DNA of 64,000 nt, taken from assembly GCA_036172245.1 (NCBI GenBank), contig JAYWIR010000023.1, positions 2,232,001 to 2,296,000 of the forward strand, in the 5' to 3' direction. The position numbers and the translations under genes were made by a program. Positions 13,467-25,300 of this stretch are shown here, piece after piece. Each line of letters opens with the position of its first letter. Positions within the stretch are counted from its first letter, which is position 1. A model generated the notes under the pieces. It did no database searches, was not told the origin of the DNA, and saw only the letters and a program-made list of their open reading frames with translations. This stretch comes from Raillietiella orientalis. Lineage: Eukaryota.

Positions 13467-14600
13467 ATGTTCCAAAGACGTGCCTGTCTAGAGCGCCCTC
13501 CCCTCATTGGCCTCGTCATATACCAATTTTACGACATCCACTCACCTAGTTCTTCGGAATGGGGACCCCTACTGTGGGAAGCTTTCGATTCCCCGTTACT
13601 TACGGCTGGAAGAAAAGAATGCAGCCGATATGCATCGTTTCTTCACCCGAATCGTCGCTTCCGTCGACAACCGCCATCAGTGCTTGAGAACCGCTCTTTC
13701 ACTAGACGAATCCATCCGAAGGGTGTTATCTCCTTATGATCTCTGTTTGGAGAGCGCACTTCTTCCTTCTCCTTCTCCTTAATTTGGGAGTGGAGGTGGG
13801 AGCTTAATTACATCCGTGTCGAAAAAGGGGATACAGATAAATTGAGAGAGGCATTCTCATCAGTTCCCCCGCCTGCCTGTTCTCTTCAGCTCGCCGTCGT
13901 GACGAGATTGCATGATTCGTGAGGATCTTCCATCGCAGGTGCGCATGCGTCCGGTGTTCTCCGGTAGCATGGGATGACGCCCGAGCGCACCATCCCCTCC
14001 CCGATATTCGGTCCTCCTCAGTGCTCCGTCTATCTCTCAGGAGACCCCGGAAATTCCCCCCCGGAAAATCCAAGGACGATCCTTTGGAGGAGAGGTCGAG
14101 GCCTGACCTCCTTCATCTGTGCCCCCCTTCATTTGCTGTGCCCCCTTTAGAACCTTACTGCCATCTTTTCATGGAGGGAGGGGAGAAGGCAACCAGTGCG
14201 CATGCTCTTCCTACGCCGACCAACCGCTCTCCACACCTCACCGGATGCTCACTGGAACTGTTGCCTTCTCTGTCCATTCTTCAAACAGAACGTTCTGTGG
14301 CTTCTGCACTGGGGAGATTTCAGTGCAGCCAGCGCACACACCTGGTTTCCGGGGGAGTTGTCTCCGCGAACTGTCCCAGGTGCGGGGCGATGGAATCTCT
14401 CCCGCACCTCTTGTTGGACTGCAGTACCCTCAAGGAGTTGTGTCGGAGGCCTTGGCCTCGGCGCTCCGTAGACCGCAGGACGTTGCAACCGACTTGCTGC
14501 GACGCTTCTTCGCAGAAAGCGGGCTGAAGGATTTCACACCTGGGTGCACCGGGGTCTTTATTTCTCTTACAGTTTCCAATTGTTACACTAAAAAAAGGGG
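13467..14600 (+). mobile_element. Decayed, internally deleted L1/Tx1-like ORF2 remnant with zf-RVT
   Basis: NCPRCGAMESLPHLLLDC fits the CxxC...ExxxHLxxxC C-terminal zinc finger of L1/Tx1 ORF2. Confidence 0.65.
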
Positions 14601-14685
14601 GAAGCCGGTGAGGTCCATCACGTCCACGAAGGGGAAGGGGAATGAGAATGCTACCGGCGAGTTCCTTTTTCCTTCCTAGGTGGGG

Positions 14686-17660
14686 TCACATTAGAGCTAT
14701 CCACAGGAAGCGGATGGCGTGTAGGACAGCTCCCCTGTCGCTGCGGCCTCTTTCAGTGTCGCACTTCGCAGCAACGACACAGCGCACGCAGCACAGCGCT
14801 TCGAGTGCGGCTGCGGGCGTCATAGCGTTCCGCACAAAAAGGGGCGTCAAGGAGTCTCTGGGATCGTCCACGGGCTGAGAAAGGGACACGAAGAAACGTT
14901 TCCACAAGTCCCGGAGGGCGACGCACTGCATTATGAGGTGGAGGAAGGTCTCCTTCTCCCCACAACTGGCACAGTTCGGCGGTGTGCTTCCCCTCGTCCA
15001 GTGTTGCCGGCGCTTATTGCACGGGAGACTCCAGTGTAGTACCAGAAGCGTCGATTTCTGCCACTTGAAGGGAAACAGCTTCCTCTCCATAAACACGAGG
15101 GCACTTCCAACTCTTCGAGCTGAATGAAGAAGGGTTCGCTCCAACGTTCCAGTCCTTTGGAGACGGTTCTTGCTGTTGCCACATCAGCCAGCTAAAGCAG
15201 CAACAACAAGGACGCTGTGATTGCAACAGTCGGTTACACCCGCGCCATAGCTGCAGTTATCCATGTGTTAGAAGCAATTTCGCGACGAAGAGAGGCCACC
15301 AGCATGGCAGCATTCCTCATGAGGACAGCAGCAACATGGCCTCATCTGCCAGAAGTTGCCTGGGAGATCGCCACCATCCACAGCCACTCCTAGAGAAAGC
15401 AAGGAACGTCTCAAACCAAACACCCCTGTCCCCATCCTCTCGTCTTTCTTCATTTATTTACTGTCTTCTGCCTCCGTTCCCTACTTCCAGAAAGTCTGGA
15501 AGCCGGCCGGCCTGCATGACGGTAGTTATCCCGGATGAAATTCTTTTGGGGGGGGGGGGGGAGATTTCTCGTTTTTTGAGGGGATATCCTTCTTCCCCCC
15601 TTACTTGTAGTTCATTTTTTTAAAAATAAGCGTCCCGTAATTATGTTCGAACATCCATTCTTCTTCGGGATCGCTTCTCGTGTTATAACTGACTGCTCTC
15701 ATTGTTGCACCATGCATCATCTGATGGTTGTGAATTCCCTCTTCATCTCCAGAGAGTTCCTCTTTGCATCTAAGTCCGCATGGATCGGCAACTCCGGTGC
15801 AGAAGAATTCGATCAGAAGAAGTACCCCGGTCTTGAGCACGTGAAACTGAGCGGACTTCAAGTGACGGGTGCCGAGATCCTCTTAGCAACCAGAAGAGAG
15901 TGGTGGCATTTCGGAGAATTCTGGAAAGGGGGGAGCACCTTGGATGCGCTTGGGTCGAAATGGGGAAAAATACGATGCAGCTGATGGTCCAGTATTCAGG
16001 ATCGGCCTGCCAGGAGAAAGACGGATCCACAGCCTCCGAGACAGTGGCGCCGCTGTTCTCAGGAGCGAAGGAGAAAAATTCCTCTCCCTGCACGCTCATT
16101 TCTCCTCCAGCCGACGCCTCGTTACGAGCGGGAACACTTCACCCAGAAGATTCGCTCCGAAGGATCTGGACGGATGGATGAGAGCCACACCCAGGTCGAA
16201 TCTCCTCAGGATGAATTCAACGGGAAGCGCGCACAAGCAGGGTAACGAGAAAGGCGAGCCACTCAATACTGGAGGAATGCAGCGCCAGGAGCATTCGAGT
16301 CTGCTGGATAGGATGATCCCGAAGATCCAGCTGAACGCTGTTCCGAGCCAGAATGGTCTTTTTCCTGCTGAGGAGCAGAGCAGAGGCTTCAACCCAGGTT
16401 TCACCGCATCCCTAGGAGAGGTCACGTGCTTCCACGGGAACTTCCGGTTCGGCAAAGCATCCTCAACTTTCCAAAAACGCCGTCGAGAGAAGCACAGCAG
16501 AGAGGTCCCAGGAATCAACGAGTTTCCCCAAATCTAAGACTTCTTGGACACAGTTCTTGCGTGCATCCTTCGCGAGTACCTGGCTTCGGGCGTTGCGTGG
16601 ATTGTTGCTGTCATTCAGAAAGTGTCATTCGGATGTGGCGCAGGATTCATCTACGGATGAATCCTGCGCCGGAGAGTTTCGAAATGCCTCCTGCAATTTT
16701 TCCCCCTGGTTCTGAGGAGAGGTTAAAGTATAACTCTGAAAGTTACTCTCTCAACTCAATGGATTATGAACGCTCGTGGCTATAAGAATGGAACCGACAT
16801 CGCCCAGGGTCTCGAAAAACCAATGATAAATCGTTGTTTCCTTTTGCACTCCATCATTCTCCAATCATCCGTAACCTGAATTTTTCCTCTTCATCTGTCA
16901 GTCTGCCCAGGAATGAACCAAAAGAGAAAGTTCCGTAGTTCTGTTCTGCAGCTGTTGGAGATCGACAAACGTATCTGGAAGGGAAGGAGGGAAGGAGAAG
17001 GAGGAATGCATTTTTTTCGTTCCAGATGAGTAACACACACAAAGAAAAAAACTTCTGGTGGCCGTAGCAGAAAAGTCAGGAAGGATGGCGCGTCGAGGAA
17101 CCAACTCAGCTTCAAAGGGAAGGCCTCGAGTTCATCAAAGAAACTGGTTCGGCAAGAAATCGAGAATCGGCGAGGACGTGCCTCGGAGCATTTTCTTCGT
17201 CCGGAGGGGCTTCTTTGGAGCCTCGTAGTATGGAAGAAGTCATGGGTTAGAAGGAAGCACTTCCTGGAGAGGGCGACGGAGAAAACACAATGAAACTGCC
17301 TCTTCGCGTCGTCAGTCTTCTTATGGAGGCTGCCAAGCAAGTTACCGAGCAAGCTGTTACCAAAGCTTGTGGGGACGCAGCTGGTTTAGAGAACGCAACG
17401 ATGAGGTGGCGTTTGTCTCTCTGCTGATGCAGGAAAGAACCAAACAAGTGGGGTTGTCACGGAAACATCGCCGAGGCCCAGACACTGATCTGGCGGGGAC
17501 GAAGCATTTCGCAGGAGCTACTACCGATCGTTCCCCTATACGAGCATCGTGCTCGTTCCTCGTTTCCTGCTTGCGGCATCTGACTGTCTCCTGCATGTCT
17601 GGTTTCAAAGTAATGAGATGAGGATGAACCCGAAAGGAGAATGGAGGAAGAAACCACAGC
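14686..17660 (-). mobile_element. Near-full-span decayed L1/Tx1-like ORF2 (APE - RT - zf-RVT)
   Basis: In order on the minus strand: KQETRN, MLGNLL and ARPRRFSIS (APE-like); SGSPFSLPCLCALPVEFILRR (QGxPLS-like RT motif); then a clear zf-RVT, LHWSLPC...NCASCGEKETFLHLIMQC. Confidence 0.7.
16637..16670. repeat. Perfect 15-bp hairpin with c(TACG)g loop
   Basis: ggcgcaggattcatc-tacg-gatgaatcctgcgcc. Confidence 0.95.
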
Positions 17661-17802
17661 ACTCCTTGCCTATTCCTTCGCGGGGCTGCTCGAGAATCTT
17701 TTATTGAATGTGCACTTTTTTGCCTCGCTAATTATGAGCATTGTCTATCAGCTGCTGCTCTCTTTATACATTCCTTAGTAATGATTACTTGAAAAGAATG
17801 AT

Positions 17803-18400
17803 GCTTCTTCAGTACCAGCTTGGGATCATCAACTACTACAATCACGGAGCACTCTGTTAATAAAGCCAGTTTGTTTGTTGCGCAATTGATGATCCTACTC
17901 AACATAGGTTTTCTCTCTTTCTCTTTCTTCCAGCAACAGATAGCGTTATTCGTTATGAAATGGATATTTCCGATGGATGCAGATGGCAACATTAATTATA
18001 AATTAAGAAATCTCGTTTTCCTCATCTTTCATCGAGGATCTTCCAGGGTTTTTCGTATGGTTCCAGAGATCGGCAGGCGCACTTTTAGCGAAGTTAAATG
18101 GAGGGAAACAAAAGCTTCAGGAGTGTCTCTCTCTCTCTTTTTTGCTGTTTCCTTCTTTGTGTGATGCCTTCTTTTTTGCTCAGTCTGACGAGTGTGATGA
18201 ACGTGTGGCTTGGAAACTGGTGTTTGGAGCTTGCTAATGAAACTTTCCGAATAGAGGAAAATAGGGGGTCCTTCCGGGCGTTGACAGTCGGATTGAAAAC
18301 ATGCTCATCACACGGTACTCAACTCCACCGAGTTCCTTAGACGTGTCATCCATTTCATTCTACGAAAACGAATCCCTCTGCCGTCGGGCTGCTGCCAGTG
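17803..18400 (-). pseudogene. Partial inverted, rearranged copy of the H3-like locus at 19.9-20.7 kb
   Basis: ~17803-17938 is the diverged reverse complement of ~20012-20145, and ~18195-18400 of ~20360-20555. ORF-track peptides match (LSRII..A.NKLALL.ECS; VWLGNWCL.LANET.RIEENRG). Confidence 0.85.
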
Positions 18401-19891
18401 AGCACTGGCTGCTTCGCTCTGATTTCTGCGTAGGTATTCTGATCGAACTGACTGCGTGATACCCAAATGTAGTCAGCGGGGAGAGCAAGCATGAGTCTGT
18501 GAGGAGCATTTCGTTTTCTGGAATTGGATGAAGAAAAACGGACGTGAACAATTGGTGTGGCTGAAAAAGTCGAAATTATGGGGAGAGAGCCGCGCCAACT
18601 CTTTCCTTATAAGCTCCCCAAAACATTAAAATATGCGTTTTGCACGAGATTCCACCATTTTGAATAACCTAAAGCGTTTCATCTTTGATCTCTCTACATA
18701 ACCATTTTACCAGAGAGTGATTTGAGACGTTTGATTTGAGACGGTTGACCACTCCTGTGATGATCAACAAAAAACCGGTTACAAGAGATCCTTTCTCTTT
18801 CCGATTATGAAACGTGCTAATAATCACATGATTCACCGGAGATGGAAATAAAATTACAAAATGTCACGAACGAAGCACACGCACGGATTCGATTGAGCTG
18901 ATGCTCCGAGAATGCTCTGTTCATTTAGCCTTTCTGTCCTGTTTTTTACCTGTTTTTTGTTGTTCCTGTGAGGGACGAGATCCTTTAACTTTCTGTTTCC
19001 GTTCTGCAGAGTTTTCTCTGATTGAGCTGAGCTTGAAAATTAATGTTTGAAGAGCATCCCTCTAGGTTGATGGCGGTTACAGATTTTTCCTTTCAGGTCT
19101 TCGTTTTCCCTGATTGTTTCTCTTATTCGGTAAGTCTCGTTCTTCAGAAGATTCCCACTTTGTATTCAGAAAGACTTAAGCATGAATGATGAGCAATGAG
19201 CATTTAGTTTCTCAGCATCATTTGTTTCCTTGAGTTCAATACTGAAGTTTCCTACTACTTTAGGATCGCTCGCCATACGTTCTCAAATGACGTCGTCATT
19301 CGCAGCTTCCGAGCTACAGTCCTGAGAAAGTCTCAGAGAAACCTGAACGAAAAGACGAGCAGCAGTCGGGAGTCTGGACTTCTTTCGTAAATAAATTCAG
19401 AACCAGAAGGATCATAAATGCATACGAGGCATATTTGCTGACTCAGATATTTCAATACTCGATCGCAGTTTCGTTTCCAATGCGAACGAATTGATTTCCA
19501 TTCCAATTAAACAGCTTTACGCCTTCCTTTGCTTGTTTTCCTTAGGCTTCTCCCGACCTTCACTTCGAATTGCTTTCAGTAAACAACACAAAAAAAAAAC
19601 ATATGGAACACGTCAACAATTTGCATATACCTTTTTAGCATGCGCTGCGATTTCATCCGGACTTTTGAACTGGATGCTGCTAGCATCACTGTCAGCAGTA
19701 CAGCCCGTTCAACGTCTTCGTCGTGCTGTGAAAACGCTCGCATGTCTTTGCACAATTTCTGAGGCTAGAGCTCCGACATGGAAACTCTCAACTTTGAGGG
19801 GTTTTTATGCTATCGCAACACTATCAGCTATGCACGTCAACCGAACACATACATTAATAACAGCACTCTGGGGGCGAAGAGGGCGACCTTA

Positions 19892-20688
19892 ACGCGCACG
19901 AAGCAGACTGCACGCAAGAGGACGATGGGCTGCGAGGGAGCTGCCGACAACGGAAGCGGCGCTGAGGGGTGCACCAACCACTGCAGGTGTGACAGGAAGC
20001 TGCAATGTCAAGATGCTGCGAGAAAGAGAAAGAGAGAAAACTTGTGTTGAGCAGGATTATCGATTACGCAGCAAACAAACTGGCTTTATTAGCAGAGTGC
20101 TCCGAGATTGCTGTACTTGATGATCCCATGCTGGTACTGAAGGAGATCTGCCGTATTCAACCCCCGAAGTCTGGGAACACAGATGAGTCCTGAAGCTCTG
20201 CGCTGTTTCGCGAACCGGGTGGTGCTGAGGGACAACTTGAGGATCAATAGCTCCGTGTGCTCTTCCAGTAGGGACGAGTCTCCAGTAGAGCCACCGCGAC
20301 TCCAGTCGGTGACATTGCGGCTGTTTGACATTGTCCTCTTGTCATAGTGGAAGACTACACTGGTGACAGCAGCCCGACGGCAGAGGGATTCGTTTTCGTA
20401 GAATGAAATGGATGGCACGCGTAAGGAACACGATGGCGTTGAGTATCGTGGTGATCAACATGTCCGATTATCAACGCCCGAAGGAAGCCTCTATTTTCTT
20501 CTATTCGGACAGTTTCATTAGCAAGGTCCAAACACCAGTTTCCAAGCCACACACTCGGCAAGAATACGGCAGAGTACACACTCGGTTGGCCTGCTGGATT
20601 GCATGGATCTGTGCATTATCCATGCAAAGCGTGTAAGCATTGTGCCGAAGGTGTGCAGATGGCCAGTCGCATTCCTTGGGGGGAAGGG
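19892..20688 (+). pseudogene. Divergent histone H3-like pseudogene with internal insertions
   Basis: TRTKQTARKRT (19892-), then after a frameshift AARELPTTEAALRGAPTTAGV; LVLKEICRIQ (~20131-20160); RKPLFSSIRTVS and SFQAT (~20480-20550); VGLLDCMDLCIIHAKRVSIVPK (20585-20650, 14/22 identical to H3 [22 protein letters not shown]); VQMASRIPWGE. Start codon lost; several frameshifts. Confidence 0.85.
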
Positions 20689-22306
20689 GGAGGGGATGCC
20701 ACAATTGGAACAAAAGCATGCCCAACCTTTGAATCAAGAATAATCCACATGCTGAATTGGAAGTTTGGAAGAAAGAAAAAAAAATTTGAAGCTCGAGTAT
20801 GCTACCAATATACTAGAAGAGTAGGTACGTTTTGTTTGTTTTTGTGTGAATTATTTGTAGCTTCACTTCATCCAGAGCGAAAAATTGCTCTCGGCATTTC
20901 AATAATTCGTTTCTTATCCGTTTTCTCTGTCCACGAAGTTTGCAATAGAGAATGACTCGCACTCTGTTAGCCAGCAGAAGCCAGCAGCAAGACTTTCGCC
21001 GATGCAGAATGCATCATGAAATAGTATGTCTTCATTTCATTTTTTCAATGGTTTTCATAAAATTTACGAAAGATTCATCGGTCTTTTCCTCTTCCATCTC
21101 CGTCATCTACCGTTCTTTGATGTTCAGCAGGAATCATTTCCATGGTCCGTTGGGTTTCCAAAAATGAAGTTCCCCAGGACCAGTCTTGATTCACCACATC
21201 CATTCCTGCCATGATATTACATTCTAAGAAACTCAAGCCGTAAATGGTGTTCAGGGTCCTGTAGTTTTCAAATCAACTTTTGCCAGGCCTTCATCCCTTT
21301 GCCGACGTCTGCTGCAGCAAAAGATCCCATAAGACCTCCAGAACAGTTCCTTTCTTCGTGACTGCTTGCTAGTCTGCTTGCACCAGAAGTTTTCAAGAAC
21401 TCAAACGCAAACAGACGTCCGCTATCAAGAGCATTGCATCCACCACTAACCATTTTCTTTTCGAAAAAACAAAGGCTGCCATGTCATCTTGCAGCTCGAG
21501 GGGCTGCGTCCGCTACGGTGCTTCTGTTTGTGCACCATTCGAACAGACTGCAACTGAATTCAAACACTTTCGTGCGAATGGAATCGTGAAATGCTCCCTA
21601 ATTTCCCTTGGCTGTTCGCGAATTTTTGTTTATAAACACACACAAATCGGATCTTTCTATTGATCTTTCTTTATTGATTTTCGATTTTCTGTTTCAATTT
21701 ATTCTTCCGATTCCTATGCCATTATTCTGCTTGTTCTTCCGTTCCAACTGCTTGTGAACAACACAATGGTGGAGGCACCCGACCTTTGCTTCCCGAACAG
21801 CTTTTCTCCTCCTCCCGTGCTCTTTACGGATAAGATTTGATTACAGATCGGCGACGCGTCCCTCGTTAACAAGAAATTGCAGTTTCCATGTATTTGCAAG
21901 AGTGCAATTCAGATTGGCAGTTTGCTCTGCATGAAACTTACTACATCACCGTGCTTCATTATCAGAATAACGATTGCGTTTTCTGTCATCACTCTTGCTG
22001 ATTTCAAGACGATCCGCTGGAGGGCAAAATAAAGGGTACTCGGGAGAAGGAAAAAGAACCAGAGAATAGGGTAAGATATCTAGCATGTTTATTGAACGTC
22101 ATTTGATACTACAATGAAAAGTCATAACAGAACATTCCGAAGGTAACAAATTCTCTGGTTACAGAAAATGAACGCTAAATTATTACAAAAAATTCAATAC
22201 TAGCTGAGAAACAAAACAAAATAAAATTACTAGTATAATTACACTATTATGTATAGCAATCATTAATCATATGGTACATAGGAAATGAATCAAGGCAAGT
22301 GCTCCA

Positions 22307-25300
22307 CTAGTTCGGGATATCCAAAGCTGGGGAATTCGACTCCTTCGGACAGTATGAAAGACCTCTAATAGGGCGACCAACTGGACCAGGCTGTGACCGA
22401 AAAGTCATGTTTAAAGTCTGGCATGCCCTGATATCCAATTCCCGAAACTGATTAATGACAGGAACAGATATCATATCTTGTTGCCACATTTGGCAAAGGG
22501 ATTCACCAACATTTGGTTCTAATTCCTAAAAAGGTATGATGAACCACCCAAATTAATGTTAGAAAATATGATTACCTGTCCATCACGGCTACTTTGCACT
22601 TTTCTGTTATCATTATATGGATTAAGTACATGACGAGTGCAGTGGAAAGGAAGTCCTCCAAGTTTTATCCATTCAATGAAATAACATGTGCCATGTGGGC
22701 ATCCAAATAATGATGGATTAGCATTGGGAGCTAACTCTCCAGAAAACTCTGCATAACCTAACAACTGTCCACTACCCTGTGCACTAAATATGAGGCGCAA
22801 TTTTCTGTGCTGAACATGTGCATGCAATGCTCTGATGAGCTTACGTTCTGTTGAAGCAGTGAATGCCCACATACGATTAACAAATGAGGCATTCAAATGA
22901 GTTTCTGATGAAGCTTTGACTATAAAATAACGAAATTCTGGTGAAAACGCATTTGTGTCAGGTAAAACTGCAGTCTGGCAAGGGTCCAAATCATCACTAG
23001 GGGGGGAAGGAGTATTCTCATCAGATAATTCCGCACTGCTACTCATTTTCATCTGTTGCTCCGAGACCACCGGACGAGGGCGCTGTCCTATTCCAGGAAG
23101 TTGTGGTAATCCAAGTGCCACTTCCTCACAAGTAAGTATGTGAACCACAGTTCGCAGGATAATGTCATCAACTTGTGTCCATGGTTTGGCAGGAGCTCGA
23201 AGATGGCGCAATACAAGTGCATGCCACTTCTGACGAACAGTGACAAGAAGCTGAGCTATTTCTGGATGGCACCACAATACAATCCAATCATCCAGTCTAA
23301 TTTTTGCACTATGAAGCTCACTAGAAGTATTACTGGATTCTTCATGTTCACTGTCACTGCCTGGATCCTCACTATGAATAGTTGCTGATTTTGACCACAA
23401 GTCTGCATCAGAAATGCAGTCTGAAGGTAATTTGGAGGGGCCACCAAACAGAGCAACTGTTGCTGGAGAAATAGCAGTGCATTGGCGCACACAGACCAAA
23501 TGGCTTGTTTGGCACAGTTCTTCATAAAAAAACCAGCTTAAAGGTAAGTCTTGGAAATTCACTTGAGCACCATGTGTAACTTCCGTAAGAACAGAACTTG
23601 GATGAAATCTAACATGCTCCTCATGTCTAAGCACAACCAATTAATAAAATTCTAAGAGAAATTGAAACTCACTGAGTCCGGAGCAGATTCTTTTCTTGAT
23701 CCACATTAACAACACATGGATAGGCACCTGCAAACAGGGCTGCTTTGACTACTGCCCAATTTTCACTGTTCGTGTTTAAATCTCGAATATCACCTCCTCC
23801 CCGAGCACGTACAAAACCAGATGCCCGAAGCTGTCCTAGAAGCTGGGCTCTGAGTCCAGCTACCATTTCCATGGATGCTCCTGATATCAAATTCCTCTCA
23901 CAAAAAGAGCGCTCCCATCCATCAGCACAGGCTTTCTGCCAGGCTTGAAAGCCTCGTAAAAGAGCCATATGGTCACTGAGGGTACCTGCAGACAGACGGC
24001 TGCGTGCCATCCAGTCTGCACGTTTATCCTGAGGAGTAGAAGTTGCTGAAGCAGGAAGAACGAAAACTTCCCGTCCTGACAAACAGCATACAATAGTCAG
24101 GATGGGATCAAGACATTTGAGGAGTACTGCATATAACACAGTTTTAGCAAGACGAGGAGAGAGGGGCAAATCCACCATATGGGCACCAAGTTCAGTGAGC
24201 TCCTCCCAAGAATCCAAAGCATCTTGGCTTTGTAGCAACTGTACTGCACTCTGGCAGGTAGCAGCACTAGGAGCCTCAGGAAGGTGAGCCAAAAAGTCAG
24301 CAATCAGTGTTCCTGGAGGGATAAGCATTTTTGCAAACAAACACAGATCATGAATGGGTGTGCGTCGTATTTCCGCAATCTGGAATGGCTCCAAAGATTG
24401 AAACTGCCTTTTGGTATACAGTCGATAGCAAGTGCCTGGTCTGCAACGTCCAGCACGCCCACTGCGCTGCTGGGCAGATGCCCTTGAGATCCAAGCAAGT
24501 TGTAAAGAAGTGGCACCATTAGCACAGTCGAAAAACCGTTGCTTGATGCGTCCGCTATCCACAATGTACACAACATCATTGATTGTGACACTAGTTTCAG
24601 CTAAATTGGTAGAGAGTACCAGTTTTCTGGTTCCAGGAGGGGGAGCTTGAAATACTTTCTTTTGCTCTGCTGGTGCAAGTCCAGAGTGAAGGATTAGCAG
24701 CAAAACATTGGATAAATGACTGGCAGCTAACTCTCTCAAACGCACAATTTCTTCATATCCTGGAAGAAACACCAATATGGCTCCATCATCTGGAGAATGG
24801 CAGATTGTTTCCAGCAATGCCAAAATAAGATCTAGATCCACATGGTCGTCCGCTTCAGCATGTAAATATGCATTCAAAAGTTCATTTTCTTCTTCCATAG
24901 GCTCAGATAGTTGGCAATTGGCATTGGAACCCATCATTCTGGAGGTCTGATAAAACCACCATTCAAAAAATACTGCTTACATATAAGCATTGAGCAATTC
25001 TTCAGTTTCTTTTTGCTGTAACTGATGAGCCCAATCCAAAGCTGTCCAGCCATTGCAAGCATGTATGCTGGCATCCGCTCCCATAAGAAACAATTCTTCC
25101 AAAGAAGGCAGATGACCACGTGCAGCAGCTACCATTAATGCTGTTGTAGAAGTTTTTGAATGCTGATAATCCACAGGCAATGGCAGGTCAGAATGATACA
25201 AACTGAGCAATTTGGAAAATGCTTCTGGTCTGCCTGTTAGAAACGCATCAGCAATAGCTGCATCTGCTTGTGTCTGCAACTGAAGTGGCACTTGCTGTAT

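Noticed and set aside
20403..20636. EYGRVHTRLACWIAWI resembling a trypsin C-terminal GVYTRV..WI motif
   Set aside because: An overlapping frame gives a much stronger histone H3 match, and no other protease motifs are present.
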